64,000 nucleotides of DNA from Perna viridis. Lineage: Eukaryota. This document shows, piece by piece, positions 12,801-24,300 of the stretch. The position numbers and the translations under genes were made by a program. Below the pieces are notes generated by a model. The model was not told the origin of the DNA and did no database searches. It saw only the letters and a program-made list of their open reading frames with translations. Position 1 is the first letter of the stretch. Each line of letters starts with the position of its first letter. Location: contig CM074514.1 of NCBI GenBank assembly GCA_037379345.1, forward strand, positions 12,400,001 through 12,464,000, read 5' to 3'.

Positions 12801-15800
12801 ATCTATTATCCAAGGTTATTGACAAATAGAATATTAATGTCACTTTTGTCTTGTTTCTGGTTGTTCTTTATTGTATTTGATGGTCTTTATAGACCAGATA
12901 TTAATGTGCACATTAGTTTTTGATTAGTATCAGACAGAATCCTAGTCATTTAGGACAAATATTTAATCAATTAATGGTCTAGATCACATTTTCTCTGACA
13001 TTTCTCTACAAATATCATTTGTCATATGTGACATGAAATCATCCTCAATATCACCAGCCATATCAGATGCTGTTGATACTCATAAATTGAAGACCTTTTC
13101 CTGCCTCATTTCCATAGTTTAGTCATTTGCATATAATTTGCATATTATACCATCATTTGGTCTAGTAAATTTCTTTTTACCTTGTTTTATACCATCATTA
13201 GTGAGTAAATGTACTTTAACACATAGCTCTGCTTTAATGTCCTTGAAGCTGGGTAAAGAGAACAATAGATTCCTTATGTTTATGTTGATACTTTTTGGTT
13301 TTGTTTTTGGTTTATATTTCTAATCATTGAAAGAAATTTCATTGTCATGTCTTCATTGATGTAGAAAATCACAGATCAATTCTATTTGCCCATATTGTTT
13401 GTCTGACTGTCTGTACACATCTCTTGTAAGTGTAACTCCTTTAAATCACTTATCGGGTTTAAATGATATGTGCATCATACATGTATGGAGAGGTGTGAAT
13501 GATGGAACAATATTTTTAGGTTTGGTGCTTACAGAGGTTGATTTTTCAACTTTAGGCTTTTACCTGTTTATAGATCAAACCAAACAACAGTATATAAGTA
13601 AAGATTGTTTAAACCCAGTTTACTACCACTACTAGTATGAAGTGACAACCTGGTATTGTTTGTACGGTTTTATTTTCTTGTCATTGGAGATATTTGAGAA
13701 ATGCTTTAAGCTAGTATCATGTGAATATTTCATCAGTGTACTTTAGTCATTTTATGCAATTAAATGATTTATCATGGGTTTGCAGAAGTTTTAAAATTGC
13801 TGATTACTTTGAATACAAAAGTGCATTGGTAATACATTATTTTTAGAAATTGTGACATTTTTTTTGTGCCTAGTTAGAAGATTGTACAGTGAGAGTTTTA
13901 TCACTACAAACAAATATTGACAACATCTCTGTTGTGTCATTTAAAAGATTATGTCATACTAAGTAGTAATAGATTAGGTATCTGTAAAGCTAACAGTTTA
14001 TAGCAACTCCCAATAAAATCTTATTTACTTTCTAAGACCTTGACTGTATACTGATTTAATCAACTGATTAAAATGATGCTGCGATGGTATAAAGTGAGAC
14101 TGATTGAACACATGACTGTGCTGCTTTACGATTCATTAGGGGCGTTAGATGAGCTGAGCAGTTCTGACAAAGAACAATTATTGAAATTCAGTTAAATGAG
14201 TTCTAATCCCTTGCTACTACCAACTCCACAAAACTTCGAGCTATTTAAATTGTCTTGAAATTTTAGACAGAGATTAATGTTTCTCAGTCACATTGTTCTG
14301 AATTATTGAAAGCTCTTGAGAATGGCTATTATTTTACAAAAATGTTTGCAGCTATTGCATTGGCTCGAATCTGTCTTTAATCATCAAAATTTATGTATTA
14401 CTTATGGTTGCAATTTATTATGAATCAGTTTAGGAATTGAAGATTCATTGGTGACTCTTTATAAATCACTTGGTGATAATAGAAGATATGACAGTATAAT
14501 AGAAAAAATCTGAATGGTCTTTTTTAATGAGTTCACCTGAACAGCAGGTCTGTGTGAACATATGCAATCACCTCAGTTTTAATTTCTTATCATTAACCAT
14601 AGTTGTTGAAACCATATATTTCAAAAACTACATTTTGGTTACAATTATTTGAACATGTAGTTTAAATTTATTTTTATTAAAATAAAGTGGTTCATGCAAA
14701 TTGATGAAGCTTACAGGAATCCCCCTTATTTTGGTCATATATCTAACACTAAAAGCATTAAAATCTGCATTAAATTCTCAGAAAATGATTCTATTTATTT
14801 TAAATATTTTAAAAATTGTGCTTCTAGTCTTGATAAAAGGGTTGTTGATTTTATGCCAAAATTTAAAAGATCAGACTTGTTGCTTTTACAAACAAAAAAC
14901 GAAAAAAAAACAGACAAACAAACAAACAAAAACAACAATTTCAAATAATAAGAAATTTGTAAAGAGTATTCAAAATGATAATGGCTATAAATGTTAAAGG
15001 TATAATTAGCAATATTATCTATAATTTCAGATAAATTAAAAACAGTAATTAAGTAATCTTAGTTGTAATACAATTTTCTTTTTTTTTCCAGAACACTGTA
15101 TTGTGCCAAAGGAAACTACGAGTTTGGTATATCTAGAGTTATAAAGAGTCTAGAACCATATAACAAGAAGCTAGGAACTGATACCTGGTACTATGCCAAG
15201 AGATGTTTCCTATCTCTCATAGAGAACATGGCTAAACACATGATCATGATGAAAGACCAGGTCATACAGGAATGTATAGGATTCCTGGAATGTTGTGAAA
15301 GTAAGTCTTAATTAGGGCATACAGGAACGTAAAAGATTCCTGGAACGCTGTGAAAGTAAGTCTTAATCAGGTCATACAGGAACGTAAAGAATTCCTGGAA
15401 CGTTCTGAAAGTAAGTCTTAATCAGGTCATACCAGGTTGACACCAAGTTTATAGCTAGGTAGCCCAAAGGACTTTCTGATCAATAAATTGGGTAGTCATC
15501 CAAATTATCTTGCAGCCCTGTCTTTAGGTATAGTAAGATTCTAAGAATAAATTTAGGTAGCCCAAAGGACTACCCATTAAAACTTCTAGGTAGTCCTCTC
15601 TCAAATTAGGGTGGCACAATGCTAGCGGACTATTGTTAGTGTTGAACCGTGCCTACAGGAACGTAAAGGATTCCTGGAATGTTTTGATAGTAAGTCTTAA
15701 TCAGGTGATATAGGAATTTATAAAATTACAAGAATGTTGTGAAAGTAAGTCATACAGGATTGTAAATGATTCTTGAAATGTTGTGCAAGTCAGTCACCAG

Positions 15801-17401
15801 GTCATGTAGAGTTCCTGGAATGATGTGAAAGTAAGTTTTTATTAGGTCAAACAGGAATATATAGGATTCCTAGAATGTTATGAAAGAAAGTCATGATTAG
15901 GTCATACAGAAATGTATAAGATGGTTTGAAAGCAAGTCATAAATGGGTCATTTTGAAAATAAGTCTTAATTAGGATTATATATACAGGATTCCTAGAATA
16001 TCACTTTCAGGATATAATGTATTGCATAGGGTTCCTGGAATGTTGTAAGTCATTTTCAGTATTTAAAAACACATTGGCGAATAGTAGCTGCTGTTGAGAC
16101 AGTCATCTCATAAAGAAAATACCATTAAATTATGTTTGAAATACTATTTCACATGAGAATCATTCAGATGTCTAAAGTAGATAGAAGATACTTTGTTTTA
16201 ATCAATAAGAGTAATCATATGATAGTTTAGAAATAAAGAGTACGGCTTTAGCTGTATTAGATTGCACAAATTTCTTGCAAAATTGTATAAATTTTATTTC
16301 TATAGGCATGATACTTCTGAAAATGCTAAATGAAATTTTATTGCATTTAATTATGGCTTTGATATTTATTCAATTATTTATTCTTCACATTGTCTGCTGT
16401 AATATGTTATATTAAACATTCTTAAAAAACAAAAGTTATGAATAATACATCCTGTTTATACAAATGTGTGATTAATTTTCACTCTAGTTCAATTTGGCCC
16501 ATTTAACTAAGCAGGCTTGCCCATTTGAAAAATGAGATAAAGATAAAAAAAAGAAAGACAGCTGATTAATGGAAATTTCTATTCATTACAATTCTCTTGT
16601 GTGTTAAAATTATAGATTTACCGTGTCTTTTTGATATTATTTGGGAATGAAATAAGAAAGTAGTTATGAATTATGAATTTGATCTTGTTCTAGCTAAAGT
16701 GCAAGGTGTTGTGTGGACATATCTATTTTGGCAATCTGTCAGCCTTCTTCAGTGGCTGCATAAATCATTTTTGGTTACTGTAAATTTCAAAATTATTTAT
16801 GCATTTGTGATTGGTATTATTTATGCATTGGTTACTAAATAAAATATGATTTTGATGTTTTGCTATTTTTAGATAGATCACACATTAGTGCTTATAAAAA
16901 CTGGAAAATACAAGTTTTAATTAAAGTGATATAAATTCAGTCACATTTTTGCCTTGATAATTTTTTTGATTTATATTTTTGTATAATGACTTAAAAGCAA
17001 ATATTGCAATATGAAATTTGAATAATTTATTTTAATATAGTTAAGCTCATCAGATTTATCAGTGAAACATTATTTGGTGGTTATGGTTGGAGAGCCTTTT
17101 CATATTATTGGTTAAATATACATGTTCATAACCATAAATTAGACTGTTTGCCTGAATCCTGCAACAAATATTTTAGTTGAACCTAAACCTAATCAACATT
17201 TCAATCCAATCTACAAAAAATGTCAAGTTGTATACTTAAGACCTATATCACAGTTGTATCATTTTTGATATTTTAGTGTATGGAAAAGACGTAAAGGCAG
17301 TTATTGAGCAACCATTAGAAGCTGAGCCAATGCATCCTGGGAAGAATACTGTGACATTTGAAGCCAGACTTTTGAAGAATCTTCTCCTTCAACTACAATA
17401 A
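832..17401 (+). CDS. TTC30: Tetratricopeptide repeat protein 30 / IFT70 (fleer), 3' part; 5' exons lie upstream of the window. Exons 832-908, 5374-5584, 6344-6415, 8074-8177, 15092-15300, 17277-17401 (TAA)
   Basis: Spliced translation VQEARQNHDDESVKKAVNEYDEALER|YIPVLMQQAKIYWDMENYPHLEKIFRKSVEFCNEHDVWKLNVAHVLFMQENKYKEAAGFYEPIVKKNYDN|ILNVSAIVLANLCVSYIMTSQNEE|AEDLMRKIEKEEEQVAYDDPDKKIYHLCIVNLVIG|TLYCAKGNYEFGISRVIKSLEPYNKKLGTDTWYYAKRCFLSL...|MYGKDVKAVIEQPLEAEPMHPGKNTVTFEARLLKNLLLQLQ* closely matches the TTC30A/B C-terminus as I recall it. All introns are GT-AG with matching phases (2,0,0,2,1). Confidence 0.97.
891..1235 (+). repeat. Degenerate tandem array (~60-bp unit, ~6 copies) of the TTC30 exon end plus donor GATGAGGCTCTTGAGAG|GTGAG
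   Basis: Copies with GT at 909 (true donor), 969, 1038, 1086, 1159 and 1219. Confidence 0.8.
2344..2985. repeat. Near-perfect tandem repeat, 107-bp unit x6
   Basis: Unit TTACACTGCCCATAAAACTAAAATTTATC...CCAATTGAAAGCAA starts at 2344, 2451, 2558, 2665, 2772 and 2879. Confidence 0.97.
4613..4790 (+). mobile_element. 3' tip of the Penelope-like (Naiad-type) retroelement
   Basis: CCATGCTCCCAGTTTTTAGTGGAGTCCGAGTTGCTC...CTTGGTTCCCTTGATTACTCTTT is homologous to the 3' end of the copy at ~36450-36629. Confidence 0.88.
7026..7212. repeat. Minisatellite, 31-bp unit x6
   Basis: ACAGACTGACCTACAGTATCCTAGCTGTATA repeated. Confidence 0.95.
7889..8038. mobile_element. MITE-like element with terminal inverted repeats
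   Basis: CACTGTAAAATCAGAAA ... TTTCTGATTTACAGTG; ~150 bp, non-coding. Confidence 0.65.
8144..8990 (+). repeat. Tandem array, 40-bp unit x~21, of the TTC30 exon end plus donor (TTTACCATCTATGTATAGTTAATCTTGTCATTGG|GTAAGC)
   Basis: The first unit overlaps the coding exon (YHLCIVNLVIG) and its true donor at 8178; period 40. Confidence 0.97.
8993..9495. repeat. Three ~163-bp diverged tandem units, probably the internal array of a Helentron/HINE-like non-autonomous element
   Basis: Units start GTAATGCTTT at ~8993, 9156 and 9321 and contain GAAGTTA(TT/CA)GCCCTTGGACT; the array ends in GCGGGGACAT. The family assignment is from memory of bivalve repeats. Confidence 0.6.
10670..10961. repeat. Minisatellite, ~42-bp unit x7
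   Basis: GGAAATAAGAGGCTAAAAGGGAGAGAATAGGTGTTATCCTTT-like units. Confidence 0.92.
15258..16050 (+). repeat. Degenerating tandem array, 55-bp unit, of the TTC30 exon end plus donor (CAGGTCATACAGGAATGTATAGGATTCCTGGAATGTTGTGAAA|GTAAGTCTTAAT), interrupted by a MITE
   Basis: Units start at 15258, 15313, 15368 and 15423 and resume after 15651; donor-like GTAAG at 15301 (true), 15356, 15411, 15690, 15745 and 15831. Confidence 0.92.
15433..15651. mobile_element. Degenerate MITE (hAT-like) inserted inside one unit of the 55-bp array
   Basis: Imperfect TIRs CAGGTTGACACCA / TAGTGTTGAACCGTG and internal repeated TAGGTAGCCCAAAGGACT; it splits a unit between ...GTCATAC and (T)ACAGGAACG. Confidence 0.6.
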
Positions 17402-17485
17402 CTTTACTTTGGACTTGTTTCTATAATTAACTGATATGTGATATGTTTCAAATATTTATTGTTTATTTATTAACTAGATTGGAAA

Positions 17486-17491
17486 AATAAA
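17486..17491 (+). promoter_or_regulatory. Candidate polyadenylation signal of TTC30
   Basis: AATAAA ~85 nt after the stop codon, followed by T/GT-rich sequence. Confidence 0.55.
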
Positions 17492-18073
17492 GACCATTTC
17501 TATTTGTTGTATCATGGTTACATATTTTATAATCACTTCGAAAGTACTACTGTACGAAAAACTTCAAAGCCATTTTTAAAAGGAAAAAAACTATAACACA
17601 ACTGTTTCCTTGCCACAGAATAGTGTCAAGGGTTAAAGGTCACAAAATGTGTTATACAACAGCAAAATTTCTGTAGCCTGACAAACCTTAGTTCTAGAAA
17701 TTGTCCCAAGAGAAAAATTGTTGGACTTTATAGATGAAGAACAGTAAAAGTATAAAACCGAGGATGTATGAAAGTGTCAATTTATATAAGAAGTGTATCC
17801 TTGATTTTGTAGCAAGACAGCTTCACAACTCTTTAAATGTACATTGAGTCTTGGTTATAAATTTATGCTGTAGAGGAACCAGACAGGACATATATAATGA
17901 TTCAGATAGGCACAGACGAACCAGACAGAATACATAAACTGTATCAGATATTCAAGTTAAAACCTTCATGTCCCATCAGGACAACAATATGTATCCAGTA
18001 TTAGGTCACCAAGTTCTTGTTCTAGTTCTATGTGACCTTTATTTCAATTAATTATGGACAACTGTATGAATAA

Positions 18074-18524
18074 ATCAGATGACTGATGAGTGTACAACAA
18101 TAAAAGGGTAGGGTAGTCGAGTTCCCTTATTATGTACATCAGATAACTGACGAGTGTACAACAATATAAGGGTGGACAGTCAAGTTCCCTTATTACATAC
18201 ATCAGATTACTAACAAGTGTTCAACAATATAAGGGTGGTATGGTCAAGTTCCCTTATTACATACATCAGATTATGGCCAAGTGTACAACAATATAAGGGT
18301 GGGACGGTCAAGTTGCCTTATTACATACATCAGAATACTGATGAGTGTACAATAATATAAGGGTGGTATGGTCAAGTTCCCTTATTACATACATCAGATT
18401 ATGGCCAAGTGTACAACAATATAAGGGTGGGACGGTCAAGTTGCCTTATTACATACATCAGAATACTGATGAGTGTACAATAATATAAGGATGGGTTGGT
18501 CAAATTCCCTTATTATATACATCA
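18074..18524. repeat. Minisatellite, ~64-bp unit x7, with a duplicated 128-bp dimer
   Basis: CATCAGA...GTGTACAACAATATAAGGGTGG...GTCAAGTTCCCTTATTACATA units; CATC at 18137, 18200, 18264, 18328, 18392, 18456 and 18520. Confidence 0.93.
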
Positions 18525-20138
18525 AACAACTTATTTGGTTTTGCTGATTAATAGGCAGTTTTTATTATTCTTTTATGCATTATAAAAAAAAAACTTGAGA
18601 AGATGAGAAGAAAACTACTGTGGATGGAATTGTCCTTATAGTGATATGATTAATAGATAATTTTCAAAGTAGGAGTAAATGTAGTTTTGCTTCTTACCTT
18701 TTTAGGTGGAAAAATAAGTATCATTATATTTCTTATCATAAGCATTATATATGGCAACTTCTACCTGCTATTAAAGATGTTCTTATAGTTGGGTCACATA
18801 AATTTGCATAATTTGCAGCTCTTCACATTTCTCTTAAAGTTAGTCTGTTTTGCAATACATGCGTTGTAGTATATAAATTCTGCAATCTTCTATAACTCCA
18901 CTCATCTAAATCTTAGCACATCTCTATTATACACACCAAAGTTGACTTTTTGAGGAGAGTTTGGAGTAATATGTTAAATTAATTATCTGATATTTGCACG
19001 CGATGTAGATCCAGCCATTGAATTTGTCTCGTTGAGAACATTAATTTAATTAATGTACCCATTAAATGCGGTGCATGTCCGATTCTCCAAATGCCATGAT
19101 TACTTAGCTAAAACTAATTACTTTTATCACTGTATTGCACAGCATCAGTTTAATTCGCCAAAAGTTCTGCAAGTGCTAAGCCCACTGCAAACATCTTCGG
19201 AAATGTCAAAGTACATTTCGGTCGTATTAACTTTTTTGGATTCCTAGGTGCTTTATCTTCTTCTCTCTAGAGGTGTCATGATGGATGGATCGACTGTCAT
19301 TTATCAAATATAAGAGGAAAAATTCATTTTTCATTTTCTATAATCATCTTTTGTTCAGAAATGATTGATGTTCTTGTGTTAAGAACCTTTAGTGAAGAAA
19401 ATTGAAACAATTTTAAAAAAATACTTGCATTATGTAATAATTAAGATATCTTGGAAAGAGTAAATTATTAGTATCCAAACCGCGAGAAGAGAATAATTAA
19501 ATAGTTCTATTACTATTAAACTCTTATTGAACGATTTACTAAAAGTCATTAGGTGAAAAAATGTTCGGTGATTTATTGCACGCAACTAAAACTATTACAG
19601 TTAAACCTGTCTTAACCAAAACTTTATTTTCCTTTGGACCGTATAAATTTTTCGATCAAACAACATTTGCAATACTGAATCCACCGATATTATTCACAAA
19701 ATTAAAGTTCATGTGAATTGTGTCTTTGGTGGATAGAACTCGCCTATCTGGTTTATAATTGATGAGAACGTGTACATTGGGTGAAATTAGTATTTTTTAA
19801 CAGAAGAATCAATATTTAATGTTTTTCTGAAGATGTTTTTCTACGTCTATATGGCAACTCGGTTGGCATTTGTAACCAAGAAGAGGTTACTTATGCAACT
19901 ATACACCAAAATGAAACCTTATTTTACTGTAAATAGTTCCAATTATTTATTCACCGATAGTGCTCACGAAATTAAGGACCTGGTCAATGCTGATTCAGCT
20001 GAATTAAACATGCTAATCGTCTTCCAGGTCTTTAATTAATGCGAAGGATTTTATATCGATATCTCATGTTAATTTTGTCTAATGCAGATCTGTTTACAAA
20101 AGAAGGGAGAGGTTTTTACGTCTATGGCGACTCGGGTA

Positions 20139-20409
20139 GCGTTTGTTGCAAAGCGGAGGTATACAACAAGTCAAGTTGCTTGGTGGCGTTTGTAGCAAAG
20201 CGGAGGTATACGACAAGTCAAGTTGCTGGGTGGCGTTTGTAGCAAAGCGGAGGTATACGACAAGTCAAGTTGCTGGGTGGCGTTTGTAGCAAAGCGGAGG
20301 TATACGACAAGTCAAGTTACTTGGTGGCGTTTGTAGCAAAGCGGAGGTATACAACAAGTCAAGTAGCAAAGCGGAGGTATAAGATAAGTCAAGTTGCTTG
20401 GTGGCGTTT
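20139..20409. repeat. Minisatellite, 47-bp unit x~5.5
   Basis: GCGTTTGTAGCAAAGCGGAGGTATACGACAAGTCAAGTTGCTGGGTG; it accounts for ORFs 20039 and 20270. Confidence 0.93.
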
Positions 20410-21337
20410 CTTTTCTTGTGTGTGTGTTTGTCGTTTTTCCCTTTTCTGGTCCACCTTTTTTTTTTTAGAGCTGTTTAACTTGGGATCTGGTGCTTTTACA
20501 ACAATCTTATTCAATAGAGCTAAATCTTTCTTTGCATTACCTTCAGATTAAAGATCTTTAAGTTAAATTTAACCATTTAGAACCGTGTTTTCATTACAGT
20601 AGGAAAATTTCAGCCTAAATAGGGTCACATTGTGGCCTTGATAGAGGAGACGATTTCCGTTTAGGCCTGATTATAACAATTAAAATAGTATCATCAAATC
20701 TGACTATTACCACAAAAAATGAAAGGTACGAAATTTAAACATTAACATGTTGACAATTGATTAAACCCTAAGATTTAAAGCGGGTGGTAAAAAGTGATTA
20801 AGCATATCTCCTCTTCTTTCCGTTCGTCAGTTACATTTTGTATCCTCAACCTCTCCCAAACCGCTTGATGGATTTCAATGAAATACAACATGATTGGGCT
20901 TTGCGCGAGAAAGATGTGCACTAACTAGTTTGTTTCTAATAATTATTGTTTACTACGCATTGCGTTTCTGTAAATAAGCGGTGCCTGCATAGACATTGCC
21001 ATTGGCCAATAATTTGATTCACACGAATGAGCTACACATGAATAAAATTTGCCAGTGTACACGATAGCCAATGAATTTTTTTTTCAGATTGTGACACGAT
21101 GTAGAATTCGAGTGACCCTACAGTGAGTAAAACAAGTTCTTCGCCGCTGTTGCGTAGTTAAGCTCACTCCTTACATTTATACTTGTTATAACTTGCAATA
21201 AATGCTTATTAAATAAGACTAAGTACGGAACATAGAAATATTTAATGACTCACATGAAAGCAATGATAATAGGGAGTTTTTATATACAAATTATACATGA
21301 CACTGTGCTGCATATATCGTCTTTCTGTTCATTGTAT

Positions 21338-24300
21338 TCATAATATTGTACACTTCCTACTCTCGTTCCAAGGATTCTTCTTTTTATCAGGAGTAACTAC
21401 CAAACCATCGTCCGGGGTCTTATCTTCAATATACGAAACCAACCTGAAAATAATAACCAGACATTTTTTACAAGGAAAAAATACTATTGGCAAGTAACAT
21501 AATCTAAAATTGTAAATTGCAGTTTTAGCTGTATAGAAATCTATAAGCAACACTGTCAGATACATGTACATGTAAAATCATTTCCCGAGAAAGGACTAGA
21601 CTGATGGAAGTAGGACATCGAAAAAAATCTTTGTCTCGAGATTTCTCGATATTTCTCGAGACAGTTAAAAATTTGGATTAAAAGCTTACACAAGATTTAC
21701 TGAAATATCAAATGAAACTACAATAGCGTTACAATTGATCTGTGTTCTTGCAATGATGCTTGTGATAGTGAATGAAGTCAAAATATTTCGTCCACGGAAA
21801 GTTAAGATATATACAGCTATTGAATTATAATGTCCTTTAAAAAAAATGTAAAGCCCAAGTGATTTCCACAATGTCAGGGTATTGAAAGAGGACACACAAG
21901 CCCTGGCAAAGGATCGGCACAAATAGAAGTCTTAAGTTACGTGTAGTACCGCTACATTTTTATAATGTTAACGTCATTCCGACATGCATTTAGTGAGAAA
22001 CTGTAAGACCTTTATTTATTTTTTCACTGGCCAACTATCGATGAAAGATGTATAAAGCAATTATAATTCTCGATATGTATTTTTCTAAAGCGTATTTGCA
22101 GATGAAAGGCTTTCTATGTATCTGTTGAAATGATCAAAATTCAAGTATTTTGAAACCCTTTCAACTGTTAAAATTGAAATTATTATGCACATCTTCCAAC
22201 AGGGTAATCAACATGAGACATTATTTTCTGTTCGGTCAAAATCCCTGTCGCAGATGTGATTAATGCTGATAGCTTACTTGGACTAAAATGGTCTTTTAAT
22301 CCGAGTGTGATCTCGTTGTCATGAAGGAAATGAGATTAAACAAACGCGACTTGACAGACACACCATATTGACATGAGATTATTTTCATAATTAAGAAAGA
22401 AATTATAAAGTTACGCATTGGCTGGTATATTCTGTCACCAACTGATTTTCCAATTCTGAAAGTCAGCAGTGATGAATTCATTCATTTAAGCCGAGTATTT
22501 GTATTTTTTGACCAGTTAAATGAACGTGATTTCCCTTAGGACCATTTCTATTAATTTACTTTGACATTGATAAAAGTTTGGTGAAATTGATGATAAGAAA
22601 AACTAATGCAAAAACCAATGATGGCGTAGCTGTTAACACAAAAAGTAATTATGTAAATGTCCGTAACAAATTTATAGGTTTGGAAAGACAAACTCTGGCC
22701 AATACAATGAGCATGTATCAATTTGTATCAATTTTCTTTGAAAATAGACTCGCTGTAAATCTATATTGTTCAAATCCCAAAAGAAGCAACAACAATCTGA
22801 TATTTTATTCTAGGCCTGGACAGACTGGTTAGTTAAAATTCAGCGACAAAATAGATTTATTAACGTGCTTTACAGTACGAAAATAATCGACCATTCTTGA
22901 GATACGATACAAACTATACTAAAATATAAAAAAAAGATAATCGAGAAACCTGTCACTTTTTAAAAATATAATTTCACATGTCTCCGTAGAAATTGCTTTG
23001 AATCCACTGCCAAAATTGAATAAAAGTTGTCAGAAATAATGATATTGCTCACGTTATCACTAAAATAGGAAATGCGAACCGAATACAGAAGTCGTTATAA
23101 CATTTTCACGCATTTGAACGTGGTCGATGTTTTTTTTTTCATATGAAATGTACGAACAGCTTTCGAATATTTATAAAACCAAAATTCGTGAAAACGATCA
23201 ACAAGAATTGTGAAAAACAAAAGCGTCGGTCACTGGAGATAAAATGCAATATACATGTAATAACATTTTTTTTTACAGTTTTTATTCTAATGGAAGACAA
23301 TATGTGTAACTTTACATAATAGTATGCTTTCAAGACAAATATACGCGTACTAAACTCATGGCCACTCATTACAGTAATATTAAAAAATACGTGTAAAACA
23401 AATGGCTTGGGCAAACATTACCGGTATTTTGTTCATTGATTAAATGAAATAATTAGGCATTTAAACACGTCAGGAGTCGATGATATATTTGGTTAATTGG
23501 TAAAATATGACTAGTCGATTATCGAAAGAAAGAAATGGCATAACAAAAAAAAAATATTCCCGACCGGGTCTTGCTCGAATCAAAAACCTCATGTATATTA
23601 ATGCAGAGTACGACTGTCAAACCAGCTACGAACACTACAAAAAATGGTCATAATGAGCTACATAATATTAACTGTTTTAGTGTTTTATATTTTTAGCAAA
23701 AAGTTCCTTTTTCACCTAAAAGCACATTACCAACCATCTTCTGTATTTTCAACGATTTTTGTTGCAATTTTTTGTATTTTTCATCTATTCAATCTAAAAG
23801 ATTTCAATGACAATTCCGGACTTGTGGACACTTTTTGAAATTGGTTCTAATTATGGTCAGAATCCTGAAAAAAATGGCCCAGGTCCTTTCTTACAAACCT
23901 GTGACTGACATATAGGAGTGGCCAAAACAGAATAGACCTACTTGATGTAGATTTGGTTACCAGAGAGCCGGGGTGGTTATATACACCAATGTTCATGGAC
24001 ACAATACACTCTAAGTATATCGACGGAATAAAAATATCGAGACTTATTAAAAAAAAGATTCCTTTCGGATCGTCAATTTTCTGTTAACTGTGACAGCATC
24101 AGATTCTCTTCTGCATATGGAGTTTTAAAAATACGCTTATTGAAAGAAAGGATACGATTAAATACGCTGGATCAATCATTAATACCAGCCATAAAACCAA
24201 TAAACGGACAGAATCAGCACCTCGTTCTATGAAACAGAAACTTCATGCTCTATACAATATCGGACTTAATCCTCGAGAAATGTGTGCTCTAACAAATTGT

